From positions 60,884,001 through 60,948,000 of the forward strand of contig NC_043007.1 of assembly GCF_006345805.1 (NCBI RefSeq): a stretch of DNA of 64,000 nucleotides. Reading direction: 5' to 3'. Shown piece after piece: positions 14,545 through 28,600 of this stretch. Position 1 is the stretch's first letter. Every line of letters begins with the position of its first letter. The stretch is from Octopus sinensis. Lineage: Eukaryota. Position numbers and translations under genes: made by a program. The notes under the pieces are model-generated. The model did not search any database and was not told the DNA's origin. It saw only the letters and a program-made list of their open reading frames with translations.

Positions 14545-17500
14545 ATATATACACACACACACACATATATACATATATATATACATATATATATATATGT
14601 ATATATATGTGTGTGAGTGCATATATATATATGTCTATGTATATATATGCACATACACACATACATACATGCATGTATATATTCACGTATGCCTGTATGT
14701 ATAAATATGAGTACTTTATATATATATACATACATTATACATATATATCTTGCGTGTATGTATATAATAAACATACACACACATATATATATATTTATAA
14801 ATTGATAGATATAGATATACATACACACATATATACACACACTCAAACACACACACACATATGCATACATATATATACACACATACATACATTATGATTA
14901 ACTGTAAATACCACTCTATCTATTTCCCCTCTGTGTTCCTAAAGATCATCAAATGATTCATTCAATCCATTATTTCTAGACAGTCTTGAAAATGATAGCT
15001 ACTTTATTTGAATAATGTTCCCTCTAAATTTATATGCCAAAAATGGCACCATTTTAGAAAATTTGAAAACAGGGAATTCTAATCTTTTAATAAATCTTAT
15101 TCAATATTAATATACCTTCAGTGATGATCAATTTAATAACTCCAAAACACTGATATCGTTTAATACTCTCAAATAGGGACCACTAAATCTTAAGAAAAAT
15201 TTTTGAAAGAGCAACTTATTGCTGTTATTATTATTATTGCCTTGAAAAGATAATTTTTTGTTTTTAATTTTAAAGTTTTAAGTAGAAATTATTAGAAATT
15301 GCAAGATAAAATTTATCCATATCTAAAATCCTGTTAGGATATTTGTTTTAATTAGCATCATTAGTTTGTATGTATATGTGTGTGGTTCTGCATTGTTATT
15401 AATGAATACAAGGATCTAATTAGGATTTTTGGTTGGATTATTTTATTTCTCTTACATAATTCATGTCTTTGGGGTAAACATGGGTGTCCAAAGAGGGAAT
15501 CTATATATGCTAATTTTACTTGCTAAAAATAATTGCTAAATCTCTCTTTAAAGTACACACTACCATCTTAAAAAGAAATACATTGAAATATCTTATCCCA
15601 GATAGTAAGAAAAAAATGAGGATTTTCATAGTTGGAATGCCTTTAAACATAGATCTCCTGGAACAGTGGCTGGTTTGCATCTTAAAAGTATTCACACAAT
15701 AAATATTGAAGCTTTCCTATTTCCCTGTCTACTATTCATCTCATGTTTCAGGTTAAGAGAATAAATAAGGACATTAAGTACAGAAGTACAACCAGACAGG
15801 CTTGTATGAGATGTGCAAAAGGCAACAAAACCATCTGTATGCACTTGTTCTGTGCCTTATTTGTGGTGCTATGTTTGATATAACCTCACAAATGCATGCA
15901 GGACAAATCTGACAACCAGCTGAATCCATTGTGATAAATGCCCTACCATCTTCCTTTAACTAGGTAGAGTTTTCCTCTGGTGTCTATAGTGAAAGAGGTT
16001 GAAAAGTTTAGGGATAAACACTTTCTTCATCAGTTGAGCCAACATCAACTTTTTCAAATTTCATTTGAAAAGGAAGGTGAAGATGGAGAAGGAAGTGCTG
16101 TCTTCAAGTGAATTTTAGAAAAATCTGAGCCTCAAAAATGGTATGAGGAACAATGCATCTGATGGTTGGAGAATGACAGTTATAGAACACATTTACTCTT
16201 GGTATTTAGAGTGATTTTAAATCTAAGTGGTTTCTTGATTGGCTATAAATGAAGGTCCTTTTGTATCAGGAAGGTTGCATCATCATCAATTATTATTTGT
16301 ATACTATGTATAATTATATTTCATTCTTTTAGCATTGAGTTTTCTGTGTGAACCCTTTCACTTTATGTCTGTCTTTGTAATTCTCTCCATCGTCTATTGA
16401 CCTTATGGGAAAATTGTTAGAGTATTGGAATAAATGCCTTGTGATATTGCAACTCTTTATGTTCTGAATTCAGTTCCTGCTAAGGTTGGCATTACCTTTC
16501 ATTTTTCTGAGGTTAATAAAATAAAAAATACCAGTCAAATACCGGGATGATGGCATCAAATTACCCACTCCTATCAAAATTAATGACCTTGTGCCTAAAC
16601 TAGGAACCATTATTATTGTGGTTGTTGTTTTCATATCTGAGCTGCACACATTCCATAAGTTAATACTTGTTTCTATCTAATTTCTTTAAAAATATTTTAA
16701 TTTCAATTTTTTGATTTTTTTCGTTTTTTTTTTTTTTTGCTTTTGAGTTTATTTGTAAAATAACTATGGCTACCTCTTAGTCTGCTACTTAGCAGACAAC
16801 TATATCATACAAAAATGTCAGCATTGTAAAGTTTTGAAAATAGGAGAGTGATGGGTAGTAAACTTCATGGTCACTGTAGCAGTTCATGAAAGGTTATTGA
16901 TTGTGAAAGAAAAAGTATGATTTTCTTCAAAACATTTTCTCAAATATTTATCACCCACACCACAAAGTGCAATACCATCATCACCATTAACAACTACAAT
17001 AATAGCAACAGTACCATCAGAAACAATAATAGTGAAACCATCATAAGATCTCTCATTTCATTGCTTCTAATGAAAGGGAATTTCCAGCTCTGCCAGTTTC
17101 AAAGAAGGAGCAACAGTAGCAATAACATTAACTCAATAATAACACCTACAATGTCAATGAAACGAATGACTAGAGTAAGGAGAGAAAGAGAAATAACAAC
17201 AACACTGCCACTATTACCAATGTTTCCGCTACTGCAGTAGTGTCATTTGCCTCTCCATTCATTGACCAACATCATTTTCAGCAGTAGTACCACCACTGCC
17301 ACTACCAAAAGCACCACCCCTATCTCATTCATTGTGTTGTTGGAATCACCTGCAACAACAGCAGTAGCATAAACAACAATTTACACCAAAAACCAGCTCC
17401 TTTACTGGAGATGCAAAATAATTAAATTAGTCTCTCCAGAAAATAAACAAACAAACCTGAGAGAGACTTAAAAGCTCATCTGGAGAGACAAAAGAAAACA

Positions 17501-17897
17501 ACATAGGCAGTACCCCCAGAGTTCTGGGGATACTGCCTCTGTTGAAAATGTCTTAGAGAATAGCAACACATTGGCTAGGAAAACAGTGTATGTTACTTAA
17601 GAACTGTTGAGTATAAAGAGTCACACACCCAAGTGAAAAAATGCTTGAAAAAAATATGGAGTGACACTGACTTTATCACCTGTGCCAAACAACATGGAAG
17701 TGTACACAGATGCATTCCTCTGTCCCAAACAGGAATGGTAAAAGTGAAGGTGTTAGATGTGCACAAAGCACCTTCAGAAAAACTACTGCACAAAATGCCA
17801 CCTGATAGACACAGTGGCCTACAAGACTCTGAAAGCAAAATATCCAATTGACTTACAGCTTCTATGAGAAAAAGAACTAACTAAAATATTTTACTTT

Positions 17898-18982
17898 GGA
17901 TTTGTTCAGTTTGGCTCACAGATTTTTTAATAATTTTTTTTTAACTAAACAGTTTGAAACTTTGTATACTGGTGGAATGTCTCAGACAGAACACAGTTTA
18001 CTTTGAACATTTTTGACAAAATTTGGTATTTTAGAAGTTATTTCATGTTAAAGTTGTATTTGGATAATTTTAACCAATCAATGATTTTTTTGTTAACTGC
18101 CTGTGTTGCATATTATATGCTATCCACACATAAAACGCACTGGTGTTTAAAAGACCTATAGAGCTATGGGTCCACAGCTAACTTTTTTGTTGTTGATGTG
18201 TATGAGGTTTCAAAATGCCTTATCTTACAACTATTGTTATTGTTATGATTTTATCTTATTATAATCAACAACAGACACATTTCGTCAATATAAAAGTCTT
18301 TATTAGATTAAAAATAACATTATCAAAACATGAAAGTAAAACAAAACAAATATACTTTGTTTTCTTCCAGACACCAATGTACTGTAGCCATAGTCTTTTA
18401 CATTGTTCACCAACCAACCTTTCCTCTGAAAAAATCAGTGGAATCAGGCAATCTCCATACACAAATTATTTTCTTCCTGAAACTTATAAAAAAGTACACA
18501 TATTAGGCGCACCTTTCTATAAGCCGCATACTTAATTTTCCAGGTAAAAAATAGCAGTGTATGCACTGGAAAATATGGTAATTGTAGTGGCAGTGACAAG
18601 TTCACTCACTGGTTGGTAGTTGATGGTGTAGAAGTGGCTCTCTGCCAGTAGAGAGAGAAAGAGTAAGGAATGCACAGTGCTGACTAAAAAGAAGAAAAGA
18701 TAACATATGAATAGAACAGAGTGGTGACATTTAGTAGAGATGACCCAGCAGTTGTTCCTCTTCAATTACTATTACAAACAACAGTAGCTTTCTTCAACTG
18801 AATACACATCATTGATTGGTTAAAATTACCCAAATACAACAACTTCTAAAATACGAAATTTTGTCAAAAGTTTTCAAAGTAAAGTGCATTCTGTGTGAGA
18901 AATTACACCAGTATGTGAAGTTTGAAACTGTTTAGTTAAAAAAAATTAATCAAAAAAATCTGTAAGCGAAACTGAACATATC
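17898..18982. mobile_element. Non-autonomous DNA element with about 180-bp terminal inverted repeats
   Basis: 17898-18085 is the reverse complement of about 18807-18982 (tgttcagttt..., ttaactaaacagtttgaaactt, aattttaaccaatcaatgat). Confidence 0.8.
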
Positions 18983-19475
18983 AGGATACCAAAATCAGCA
19001 ACCCAATGCAACTATCACAAAAACAAAAGTAAAAATTCTCAAAGAGGTTGGCAGCCATCAAAGGGGCAAAGGGGTGATACCGCTATGCACAAAAGGATGC
19101 TAGGAACTGTACAGCATGGCCCACAGAAGTGAGCTGTGTAATCTTGCAGTTACAAACATTCAACATATTTTCTATAAGAGTGAGGCACAATACATATAAA
19201 CATATAATACTAAATATCTGCTTCAGCTTAAAGAACTTACCCATTATAGTATAGCTGATAGAAAATAGGACAACCTTTGTCTCTGAAGCAGCTATCACTA
19301 TGCATGAATAAGAAAAAAAAGCAGTAAGACAGAGAGATTCCCCTTTTTCTCTGTCACATGACTCTGTAAATGAATAATCTAGTGTGTTTATTTTAATGGC
19401 CTACCAATGTATACAGCGCATTTCTCTGCCCTAGGTACCAGGAAGATACTTGGCAAGGAATGGAAATAGAATTGA

Positions 19476-19692
19476 AAGATGATGATGATCATCATCATCA
19501 TCATGATCATGATGAATAATGATGATAATAATAATAATAGTAATTAATAATAATGATTAATAATTAATAAATAATATTAATAGTAATTAATAATAATGAT
19601 TAATAAATAATAATAATAGTAATTGATAATAATGATAAATAATAATGATAAATAATGATAAATAATAATAATGATAATGATAATAATAAATA
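19476..19692. repeat. (GAT/CAT/TAA)n trinucleotide low-complexity tract
   Basis: Directly visible. Confidence 0.9.
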
Positions 19693-19719
19693 ACAGAAAA
19701 ATATTGTAGTTCAATTATG

Positions 19720-20370
19720 TTCTTGTTAACAACAAACAAAGCTCTAAACATTGGCTGATTCCTTTTGGTCTGTATGTTTTCTTTGGTCCACCTTGTAACC
19801 AAGACCCAGTTACTAGTTCATCAAAGATCTGTTTGGGAAGTGGACATGTAGCATGCATGCTACATGTCCACTCAGCAGGAGTTGGAATTTGCTCAGGGAG
19901 GTATATATACACAACATATTAACTCTCTTGAACACAGTTGAGTTGGGAATTTCAGCCTGCTACCTAATGTTAAGAATTATTCATAGGTACCTTTGGTGGA
20001 AATGATTAAATTGTTTGGTATGTCTTTGGTAAACTGTCCAGGTTTCACAACCATAAAGTAGTGTAGTCATCACAATAGCCTTGTATTTGTCAAGTTTTGT
20101 TTTTATGGTCAGATCATGTCCTTTGCAAATCTTGTGATGATGATGTCCAAAGGTAGAGATGACTTTTGCTACCCTTGTATTCACTTCATCATCAATATGA
20201 ACACTTCTTGACAGTGTATTTCCAAGGTAGGTGAATCTCCCTACAGCTTGGAGAGGTTGATAATTGATTGTCAGGAGTGGTTCAATGTAAGACTTTCCAG
20301 GAGCAGGCTAGTACATGACTTCAGTCTTTTTGAAACTGATTGTAAAACTGAATTTATGACAAGCTGATGC
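19720..20370 (-). mobile_element. RTE/BovB-like LINE remnant
   Basis: ORF 19981..20184 reads TKLDKYKAIVMTTLLYGCETWTVYQRHTKQFNHFHQRYL; adjacent sequence reads FTYLGNTLS and LPKQIF. Confidence 0.85.
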
Positions 20371-20689
20371 AAATATATGTGTATGTGTGTGAGTCTCTGC
20401 ATTTGTCCCTACCACCACTTGACAACTGGCATTGGTTTGTTTGCATCATTGTAACTTAGTAGTTTCAGCAAAAGAGACCAATAGACCATACTTACAAAAA
20501 TAAGTACTGTGGTGAATTTGTTCGCCTAAACTCTTCAAGGCAGTGCCCTAGCATGGCCACAGTCCAATGACTGAAACAAGTATAAGAGAAAAGATACACA
20601 CACATAGGAATTAAGAAAAGCCAGTAAAAACGATATATTAAAAATGAAAAAAATAAGTATACTGCCAATAAATTAAATTAGTTCTGAGA

Positions 20690-21290
20690 ACTCCTCAATA
20701 CTAACTAGAAAGTAATTAGAAAAACATACTGGCTGACCTGATAAATTACTAGTTTCAGTATCAGTAAAAGAATAGAAAATATAATATTGTTTGCAAGATG
20801 ATTCATTATTCTCTCTAAACATTAAAAAAAAAATGATATAATTGAGTAGCCAACATTAGGATTTGATATTAATGAAAGGAGAAATAATTATCCAAATAGG
20901 AAATTGTTACAAAATAACTTATGTAAGATTTACAAAAGAACCATCTCAGAAATTAAGGCAAGGTTTATATTTAGTTTAGAAACATCTAAAGAAATCTATT
21001 TTCTTATGTTAAAGAAATGACTAGATAGAAACAAAGGCGGGCTGTGTTGAGAGATCTGAGAATAAAGATAAAACATTAAGGCCAAAATTAAATAGATAGT
21101 AGAAACAATGTGTAAAAAATTTACCATAACCAAAGAAAGTCAAAATAAATTTCTTGGATGGTAACCAGCAGGACTGCATAGGTGATGAATATATAATACT
21201 GTGATGAATATATAATACTGACATAAGGGACCTAGAATCTCTTGTCTAAAAGAGAAACATTAAGCTTCATCAATATTACATATATCCAGA
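20690..21290 (+). mobile_element. Possible Penelope-like element GIY-YIG remnant
   Basis: Decayed phrases (SEIKARF; ENKDKTLRPKLN/IKW-like) resemble the PLE endonuclease C-terminus. No intact ORF. Confidence 0.3.
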
Positions 21291-24200
21291 ACTTACCCAT
21301 GGGAAACTACACGAAAATGTTATTAGCTGATGGCTGTTGTCATTTAGCCTGGGTCAACCCTGACTGAGTAGAGCTATGATCAGAGGCATATCTTTTCAAA
21401 CATTGTGTATCCCAAATTACATTATCAATATATCTATTTTTAAGATGGTAAAATGTGTGAAATAAAGAATATTTGGTTACAATTTCTAGCAGATCTAGTG
21501 ACCACATAAAGGCTCCTTCTTTGACTTAGCCAGGAGATAATTACAGACTGTGCATGAATGTCAAAAACCATTTCTCTGCTTTGTGTCAAGGTATTCAATC
21601 TTGGCCAGACGTATTTACATATGCATCACTAACTAAGGTGAGCAATATACAAACTCAAATAACTAAATGATATAAGATGAAGATATTCATACAAAATAGT
21701 TTCTGATAGTATCCAAATAACAATAAGAGTAAAATTTTAAAATATTCTCATGCAAATCAAAAGAAAAACCAATCTCTTGTGACAATAACTTTGCCTAGAA
21801 ATATGTAAGCATCTACATCATCTTTATTTTCTGATATCACTGGAGTTACTGTCCCTGCTTTTAGATTTTAAAACCCCCAGAAACAGTGTTTATTGATTGC
21901 ATGAATAATTTCAGTTAAGTGAAGTTTTGGTTACATATGTCAGATCCACTGTATGGGTAAAATTAGAACTTAAGGCAAATCACTGAGCATGCAATTAAAA
22001 ACTATCCTCAAAAGAAATAGCTACAAGAGAGAATAAAAAACATTTCAGATATTTATTTCACATACAAGGCATAACTGAACAAAACCTGTTTTATAAATAA
22101 TATTCATGAAGCTCACTGATGAAAAACAGCATTGCCTTTAACTGAGACACAAGGAAATAAGCAAGATAAACACATTAGTAAAAAACATGGCAATATAAGA
22201 TATTTTTTTCAATGTCATTATTTTTTTGTTTGTTTCTGTCTTATTAAAGATTATGTTTCATGCATGCATTAAAGATAAAATCATTGGTCAAATATAATGT
22301 TAAGCTACCTAGCTTCTCACAAACATTTGTTGCTATTTTATTTTCATACTAGTTTTTATGAGAGTAGCTGTAACTTTTTATATGTTTCCCTCTCTTTCTT
22401 TCCTATTTCTTCATGTGTGTGTGTGTGCACGCACGCACGTGTGCATGCATGCGTGCGTGAAGATGTGCAACATGACTTCCTTTGGTTTTCTGTCCCTGCA
22501 CTGCACTCAAATGGAATTACTCTTGCTACATACTTAAAAGCTTGAAATTTTTTTCTTGAGTTATTTGGTTCTATATTACCTTGCAACAAATTTTGTTCTG
22601 TTTCTATTTTCCTGTCTTTATGACTTGCTATTTTTTCAAATCTAAGAAATGAATAAATGCATGGGAAATTGTTATGCTTATTTTCACAAATATAATCATA
22701 AATTGATTTCTTATTCTTTCTTTGTCTTTAAGACTGAAAAGAATTAAAAATAAAATACCTGTTGAGTGAGCATTTTTTTGTGGGGCGGGGGGATTAAGTT
22801 AATATTGATATTTATTGATAAAATACTACATTTTATTATTGATTATTGTTATCAATGTCATTATTAGTATCAAATACAGTATTAAATTTCCAATATTTAC
22901 TGGAGTAAATTTACAAAGACTTTTATCATGTGATTAGAATTTATATTTCAACAGTATTTATTATAGAAAATGATTTGTCATAAAAGAAATAAGCTTTTGA
23001 ATTAAATATATGGATAAAACCAACTGCATTCATCTACTTAGACCAATAATACATACATATGCACAAGATTTCAGTTTACACGAGAAGCAAATTATGTGAT
23101 ATTTATGCTTTTCTTAGTAGAATTATTGAAATACAAAAACATGTGCAATAATAAAACTCAACCCAAGATTCTCTGTTATAACATTATGTGGCCAAATGTT
23201 TAAGAAGTTAACTTCGTAGCCATTATATCCTAGGTTTGCTGTCCCCTTTACATGGAATCATGGACAAACACCATTTTCTCTAACCTTGGGTTGACCTATA
23301 TCTCATGAGTGAACTTGAGTAAACAGGAACTGCATAGTAGCCTGTCAAATGGATTGTACCTGTAATTCAAAAGGTACAGCCTTATCACAAACACTGTATG
23401 GTGCCGACTCTGCCTTAGATTTATCTTACGGATGCATGCATCTAGAGAATGCTTAGTCACTTATATGTTAGTTCAGGAGTAGATAATTCAGTTGATTGAA
23501 CAACTGATTCATTATCACACAACACAAGATCCCCCCCCTCTCTCTCTCACACACACACACACACACTCTCTCTCTCTCTCTCATACAACACACACAGAAT
23601 TACAATTTCCAGCGGGCACATTTAAAGTCTTTCCAAACTGGTTTGGGTTAGCTGTCTTGATTCAAGTCAGTTCTTATTCAAAGTTAATACCTTCCCACAT
23701 GACTTCTATGGCCAGATGCCATTTTTTATCACCAGTAACCTTACAGAGTGCACTGAGTGCATGTAACATGGCACCAACACTATAGAAATTGTCATGACCC
23801 CCAAAAGACTATAAGTTCCTGTTGACTTTATGCCTTCTCTACCAATTTGCCTACCACCTTACAAAGTCTACTGGGTAATTTTATTGTGGCACTGGCACCA
23901 GAAATGTCATATTCTTGACAAGACAAGAATGCTCCTAACTATGATGTTTTTGATCATTCACTAACCAGTTTATAGAGCATACTGGGTACATTTTATTGTG
24001 GCACTAATACTAGTGAAGTTAGCTCCCGCCTCACTACTTTATATTGGTCTGATCCCTCAGTACAATATGACCAAGAGGGTGGATAGCAGATAGATGATGA
24101 CAGAAGAAAACTACCTCACTGTCCCACTACTACATTGCCCATAGTTTGGTTGGAACTTTGCACCAGCCTCAGATCAGGGTTTTAGCCTTCAACAGATTGT

Positions 24201-24299
24201 CCCATAGAAATTTTCAGTTGCCCTGTATGCTATGTGTTTGTTTCTTTTGTCTTTCCATCAAATGTTTTAATTAGTATTTCTCCAAATTTCTACTCTTCA

Positions 24300-24745
24300 A
24301 TGGGCCATTAAATTTTCATATCTTTTATTTCCAGACTGGTTTGTATTTCTGAGTCCTTCTAGCTCTAAGTCTAAAGTCACTAATCACCAACCTATATTAG
24401 ATTATACATTCTTCACCAGGAAAATTACTTCACATTTGTAACAAACCATCTACCTTGTTTTCTGGAGAGCATGTGTGTCCATCTATCATATTAATAGGTG
24501 ATCAGGTGGTTGGCTGGTTTCCTGAAATTATTGTTGCAGATAATAAAGTCATTTGCTTCACAGAACTCCAGCAATCTTGTTCCTTTTTCATTTCTATAAA
24601 ATAGGTATTGCCTCTGTGTACATCTTGGAATCCATTAGTTTTGTCCAACATGTGTGTTAAAATCATCAACTACAATGATAAAGTCATTGTCTTTCATCAT
24701 CATTGAGGTAATCTGCAAAAGTGCTTCATAATACTTGTATATCTG
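24300..24745 (-). mobile_element. RTE-type LINE endonuclease remnant
   Basis: Minus strand reads RNEKGTRLLEFCEANDFIICNNNFRKPANHLITY, an APE-domain motif of RTE elements. Confidence 0.75.
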
Positions 24746-25421
24746 GACATGTGTAAGAGACCTTTGCCTGCAAGCAACTGTTCAGTTGAAACTGCAAGAA
24801 ACTTACTGTATATATGCATTTGCATGTATGTATATCCTCATGTCATTGTAATTTCAAATAAACATTTACAAGAAGCAATGTTATTCATTTGCAATCTTCT
24901 ATGAAAACATGACCAGCCATTGTGTTGTTCATGTTTGAAGCACTAGGGGAAATATTACCTTGCTGGGAGACAGGTGAAAGTTAATGACAGGAAGAATGTT
25001 AGGGTGTAGAAAATCTGCCTCACTGAATTTCATCTGACCCAAGTAAGCATGGAAATGTGACTGTTAAAGCATTGAAAGGATGATATGTATGTATATATGC
25101 ATATACAGATGTGTGTGTGTGTAATATATATATATGCTGTCTCTTGGGAAAATCATCTTGCCATCAGAAACACATGTAATGGTTTTATTTCTTTCATCTC
25201 TTTTTATCATTCTTTGTATAACTAATCATAATAGTAAATTGGTGCAGAGTCATTTAGTACATAGGCCAAAATGCCTTGCAGTATTTAGTTACAGCACTTT
25301 ACATTCTGATTTCAAACCCCGCTGAGGTCAACTTTGTCTTTTATCCTTTCAGAGTCAATGGTATTGAATAACCCTCCTCCCAACAAAATCAATGGCCTTG
25401 TACCTAAACTAGAAACAATTA

Positions 25422-25850
25422 TTAGTCAGCTAATTAACCAGTTAGTTTATTGATTGCTTCATTAATTGATCAATCAGTCTATCAGCTGGTTTGTGAATGT
25501 TTGTTTCTATTTAAAAACCTCACAAATCACATGCCCTCTTTACACTAGGTCTGTTTCTAGGATGATGATGGTGATTGTGTGTGTGTGTGTGTATGTATAT
25601 ATGTATTTATATGTATATATGTATGTATATATGTATGTATATATATATATGTATATATATATGTATGTATATATGATATGTATGCATACATACATGCATA
25701 TGAGACAAAAGACAAACCTGAAGTAATGAGAGCATGTCATTAGTGAGGTCATGAATAGCAATGAAAGGACTCTGACAAGCCAGCTAAATGATTAATTGAT
25801 TGAACAATTAATCAAGTAATCGATTAGTAAATTGGTTAATTGGCTATCTA
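25422..25850. repeat. Diverged ~75-bp inverted repeat pair enclosing a microsatellite
   Basis: agctaattaaccag...atcagctggtttgt (25422-25498) versus acaagccagcta...ttggttaattggct (25772-25850). Confidence 0.6.
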
Positions 25851-26944
25851 ATTGGTGAATAATAATAAAAAGAAGTGAACTAGAACCAATGCATGTGTTT
25901 CATGTTTCATATTGGACAAAATTATTATCTGTTTTGACAAGATTTCAAGATGCATGAAAAATCTTGCAAAACAAATTCAAAATATACATACATACACATA
26001 ATATTGACATACATGCACACACACATGCACACATATATATATACTTACATGTGTTTGTGTGTATATGTATATGTACAGACACACACACATATATAATTAT
26101 ATATAAGTAGTTTGATAAAAGAAAAAATAATTAAGATTAATTAGTCAAAGTTAATAATTTGTTTTAGTGTTCATTGAATTACCATAAAATTGATCGATCA
26201 CATTTTGTAATAATTGTTTCATATTTTCATAGAATTTGTTATCTTTTGTTTTGTTGATTATTTATTTATGTTGCTTTACTGATTTTTTTTAATGTTTCAT
26301 AACACTTCATAACACTATATATAAAATGTATGTCCCAGAATGGTTGAATAGTCATAAACCAAAAGTTATATTTATTGCTTCTAGTTTAATTATCAGTTTG
26401 TATTCTTTGAGACAAAAATTTTTTCAATAAAAATTATAGAAAAAAATCACGACAGAAAGTAAAAAGTGGCATGCCTTGTAAACTGGACATTTCTAGAAAT
26501 TCTGATTCACTGAAGGTGACTCTTTAGATATAGCTGCATAATGTGATTGATAGAGTTTATTCTTTGATTTCCAGAAAACTACATGTATACTGCTTTGTCT
26601 CTGGCAAGTTTTTCAATTGGATTATTTTACATTTACAATTCTTTTAAATAACCTAAAGAAACTATTTGTTTATAGATTTTTCTTACTTTCTTAAATATCA
26701 GAAAAGTGACTGTTAGAAATTTGACATGAAATATGCACAAGTTTAAAGCTATTAAGGGCTTTTGTACTTCAACAGTCTTCAGTTGGTACTCACTATTTTG
26801 TGTATTTGTTTTACTTCCTTATTTGTTTGTTCTCAGTTAATATCTACAAATACATTCTTAGAAGGATATTTACTCACACATAAATTGTTTACATCTTATA
26901 TTATAAAAGAGAAGCAAATCTCCATCTGGCTGTCTGTCACAGCA

Positions 26945-27545
26945 TAGAAGAGGAGAAGAAAAGTTGTTGAGAAAGAAATACAGTGTGAGAGACTGTGTAT
27001 GTGTGAAAGATAGATGGTTAGACAGACAGATTAGTGTTGTCACCATAGTAACTAACAAGTTTTGATTTGAAATGCAGGAATTTTTAGTGCAAGTGTGTCA
27101 ATACAACACAGCACTTCTAAAAAAGATTATATGTATATATATAATATATTGAGTTGTTTTTTTTTTCGTTGTGTGTGTGTGTTTCTGTGTTTTTCAACAT
27201 ATAGACAATGCAACACGAACTTTAAAAAAAGACTTTCATTTTGAATAGAAGGAAAGGAGAAAAAGTTGTTGAGATATATATATATATATATAGAGAGAGA
27301 GAGGTAGTATTGTCACCATAGTAACTAACAAGTTTTGATTAAAAATGCCAGAATTTTAAGTGCAAGTCTGTCAACACAACACGTACTTCAAAAGATGGCT
27401 ATATGTATATAATACACACACACACATGCACATACATACATATATATATATATATTTGTTGTTTGTGTGTGTGTGTCTGTTTTTCTGTGTCTTTCCATAT
27501 ACAGACAACACAACACAGACTTTAAAAAAATTCTTTCACTTTGAA
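26945..27545. repeat. Diverged ~300-bp tandem duplication
   Basis: Units about 26945-27245 and 27246-27545 share aaaagttgttgaga, gtcaccatagtaactaacaagttttgatt, agtgcaagt and actttaaaaaaa...ttgaa in the same order. Confidence 0.85.
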
Positions 27546-27753
27546 CAATTTATGAAGGTACTTGCATGATTAACAAATATTTTTACCAACAGCATAACAA
27601 CAGGCAATGACCTAGTAATTACAATATGAATTAGGAAAATATCTTAGTGATACTTATTCCTGAATATCTTAACAAATTTATAATTCCTTAGTTTTGAAGT
27701 TTAATGGAGTGAATATTGTAATTTCTTTTCTTAAATCAATTTGCAAATATTAG

Positions 27754-27784
<31 letters not shown>

Positions 27785-27789
27785 AGTTC

Positions 27790-28600
27790 ACCTATCACTG
27801 TCAATGATGAGCAAGGACATCACACAGGAGAAGAAGATTGGGCATGGTGTGTCCACTGTGACCAATCAATCCAACTCATGCTCATAAGGGTCTGTTGCAT
27901 GTCGGGCACTAGTGATCTGTTGTGACTGAAGGCAAGGAATTCGCTCTGAACTTGCATAGTTCATGTTTTCTTTGTGCCCCTGCAATCATGTTCTGTTTGT
28001 AGGTGTACCTCTGTTGGTGCAGCTTCACCAAGCTGGGAAGTCTTGTGCTTACATTTCCAGGTGTCAGGGTTGATCTCAAAGCTCTTCAGTGAGGCTTTAA
28101 ACATATCCTTGAAGTGCTTTTTCTATTCACCTTGCATGCACTTGCCTTTCACCAGTTCGCTGTAAAACAGTCTCTTGGGGAGATGTATGTCAGGTATTTG
28201 CACAAGGTGACTTGCCCATCTGACTTGTGTTCTCCCCAGCAATGTATAAATAATTTGCAGATCAGCTTGGTAGAAGACCTCCATGTCTGGGACCTTGTCT
28301 TGCCAGGTGATTTTCAACAGCTTTCTCAGGCAGTTGGTAAACCAGCCTAATCTCACACTGGCAGTACAACTGCTCAGTACATCTTCAGCTTAGTGGCCAG
28401 CCTAATGTCTGTCCCTTCCTCACACTGATTCATGCAGCCAGTCAGATGTTGCCCCTCCCCCATTGATACATGTGTTAACTTCGTCATTGTTCACAGATCT
28501 AGAACGTGCTGCTGAGGTACTTATCAACCACCTTCAGGATTTCTCCTTCAACAAAGATAGTTGGTTTCACATACAGCTTCTGTGGGGCAGGCTGGTGCAT
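27790..28600 (-). mobile_element. RTE/BovB-like LINE 3' remnant
   Basis: ORF 28123..28356 reads CLRKLLKITWQDKVPD...RWASHLVQIPDIHLPKRLFYSEL, typical of the RTE ORF C-terminus. Confidence 0.85.

Noticed and set aside
12593-14897. Many long Y/I/M/C/V/H/T-rich ORFs (also near 8773, 25466, 28923, 32809, 37696 and 63439)
   Set aside because: Translations of (TA)n/(CA)n/(TATG)n microsatellites, which lack stop codons.
16917-17400. 107-aa N/T/S-rich ORF
   Set aside because: Decayed trinucleotide low-complexity sequence with no splice or homology support.
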